The notes under the pieces were generated by a model. It was given only the letters and a program-made list of their open reading frames with translations, had not been told where the DNA came from and did not search any database. Shown in pieces: positions 62,815-64,000 of a stretch of 64,000 nt of DNA (positions are counted from its first letter, which is position 1; every line of letters starts with the position of its first letter). The DNA is from an uncultured Candidatus Saccharimonadales bacterium. GTDB lineage: Bacteria > Patescibacteriota > Saccharimonadia > UBA4664. The DNA is taken from NCBI GenBank assembly GCA_964505035.1, contig CAZDGK010000001.1, forward strand, positions 12,270 to 76,269, read 5' to 3'. The position numbers were made by a program, and so were the translations under genes.

Positions 62815-63374
62815 GCGCACACTGGGCACTGGCTCGGCGCATACGACAACATCGGCTCCTCCACCAAAAAATGTGGCGTCACCCCGGAGGCATACTCGGG
62901 CCGTAGCTCACCCCGCCGCCAAATCGCCAGGGCGTGGATGTCCTGCCGCTCCGGCTCAAGCAATCGCACCACCCCGGCTACCGAGCTCAGAGTAGTCACA
63001 ATGTCTTCATAAATCCGCGGGCTCTTGGCGTCCAGCGCCAGCTCGCGGTCGGCCTCGCTCGCAAACCGGAAATCTTGCTTCGCCCCGCCCGGCACCCGCT
63101 CCAGTTGCACCACCGGCAGTCCCAGCCATTCCGGGCCGCCCAGCCGGTCGGCCAGATATTGGCCGCCGCGGGGCACTCCCAGTAGCACATCAGCCGGCGG
63201 CAAACCGTCCGCCCGGGCCAACCCCGCCAACACTACCGCCAATGGCTCCGGATGCTCCCATAGGTAGTCGGCGTCAAGCTTGCGCACCGCATGGTCGCCA
63301 GCCGCAAACACAAAGTGCCCCTCCCGCAGCATCCCGCTCGCCAATACCGCCTGTCGTATTGCTTGGCTCATCAC
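62808..63374 (-). CDS. Phosphoribosyltransferase (OPRTase-like, type I PRT fold) protein with a C-terminal CPVC motif.
   Basis: 'GHFVFAAGDHAVRKLD' and a degenerate PRPP-binding 'RIYEDIVTTLSSV'. Confidence 0.55.
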   Translation of the reverse strand: MMSQAIRQAVLASGMLREGHFVFAAGDHAVRKLDADYLWEHPEPLAVVLAGLARADGLPPADVLLGVPRGGQYLADRLGGPEWLGLPVVQLERVPGGAKQDFRFASEADRELALDAKSPRIYEDIVTTLSSVAGVVRLLEPERQDIHALAIWRRGELRPEYASGVTPHFLVEEPMLSYAPSQCPVCAS

Positions 63375-63398
63375 AGCCTATGCTACACTAGTCTGCGT

Positions 63399-64000
63399 AT
63401 GAATGACATTCTCAAGATTATTCGCTACTCCTGGAGCCTCAAGCGCTACTACATCATCACGATCATCTTCGTGGTGGTCGTCTCGCTGCTCAACCAAGCC
63501 ACGCCCTTCTTCCTGAAGTTCATCGTGGACGCGCTGGTGCGGCTAAGCCACGGCCAGTCGGTTGCCATGAGCTATATCTGGTGGCTACTCATTGGCATTC
63601 TGCTCGTCAATGTCGCCCTGACCATCATTTCCAATATCCAAGGCTTCTACGGCGATATCCTCGGCGCCAAGCTCAACACCCTGCTCAGTCAGCGCTACTA
63701 CAATCACATCCTGCGCCTGCCCCTCGAGTACTACGACAATCAAGTCGCCGGCCGCATCAGCAGCCGCCTCGAGCGCAGCATCGTCACCATTAGCCAGCTC
63801 ATGAACAACTTCGCCAACAACTTCGTAGGCTTCTTCCTCACGAGCGCGGTCACACTCGTGATCCTAGCGTTTTATGCCTGGCCAGTCGCCCTACTGCTCG
63901 GCTTCCTCTTCCCGTTCTATATCTGGCTCACCACACTCTCCAGTGCCTCGTGGCAGAAGCGCCAGCAGCCCATCAATCAGGATACCGACGTCAACCAAGG
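63399..64000 (+). CDS. ABC exporter (MsbA-like, fused TMD-NBD). Only the N-terminal transmembrane domain is in the window; the 3' end is truncated by the window edge.
   Basis: TACACT lies 9 nt upstream of the ATG at 63399. 'LKRYYIITIIFVVVVSLLNQATPFFLKFIVD' is the typical ABC_membrane TM1. The frame is open to the end of the window. Confidence 0.75.
   Translation, partial: MNDILKIIRYSWSLKRYYIITIIFVVVVSLLNQATPFFLKFIVDALVRLSHGQSVAMSYIWWLLIGILLVNVALTIISNIQGFYGDILGAKLNTLLSQRYYNHILRLPLEYYDNQVAGRISSRLERSIVTISQLMNNFANNFVGFFLTSAVTLVILAFYAWPVALLLGFLFPFYIWLTTLSSASWQKRQQPINQDTDVNQ

Overview
This is a 64-kb segment of a high-GC (roughly 60-70% by spot counts) bacterial chromosome, densely coding on both strands. 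The first ~3.4 kb is much lower GC (~45%) and looks foreign. Core genes recognised from the translations are listed below. Minus strand 12.7-19.1 kb carries an F1F0 ATP-synthase operon (atpI-like, atpB, E, F, H, A, G, D, C). Elsewhere: trxB, an archaeal-type (QSPQ-containing) aspS, tatA-tatC, secE-nusG-rplK-rplA, rplJ-rplL, glyA, folA-thyA plus a HIT gene, dnaX, dnaB, ybaB-recR and cysS. The accessory content is dominated by cell-envelope glycosylation: three GT39/PMT-like GT-C glycosyltransferases, two GT2 enzymes (one fused to GtrA), a free GtrA, a GT4 (MshA-like) and a LmbE/PIG-L deacetylase. There are also two paralogous large Thr/Asn-rich surface proteins with tail-fibre-like repeats, two orphan sensor histidine kinases, a SET-domain protein, a cytochrome P450, a stand-alone primase-type zinc-finger protein and a PRTase-like protein. 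Notable organisation: the normally contiguous rplKAJL-rpoBC cluster is split, and a complete thymidylate-cycle gene set (dCMP-deaminase-like, ThyA, DHFR, GlyA) lies in the gap. A second glycosylation module sits between dnaX-dnaB and ybaB-recR. Many genes have a TANNNT / extended -10 box 7-10 nt before the start codon, suggesting leaderless mRNAs. I found no rRNA, tRNA or CRISPR array by eye. All calls come from reading the translations and sequence; no database search was possible.
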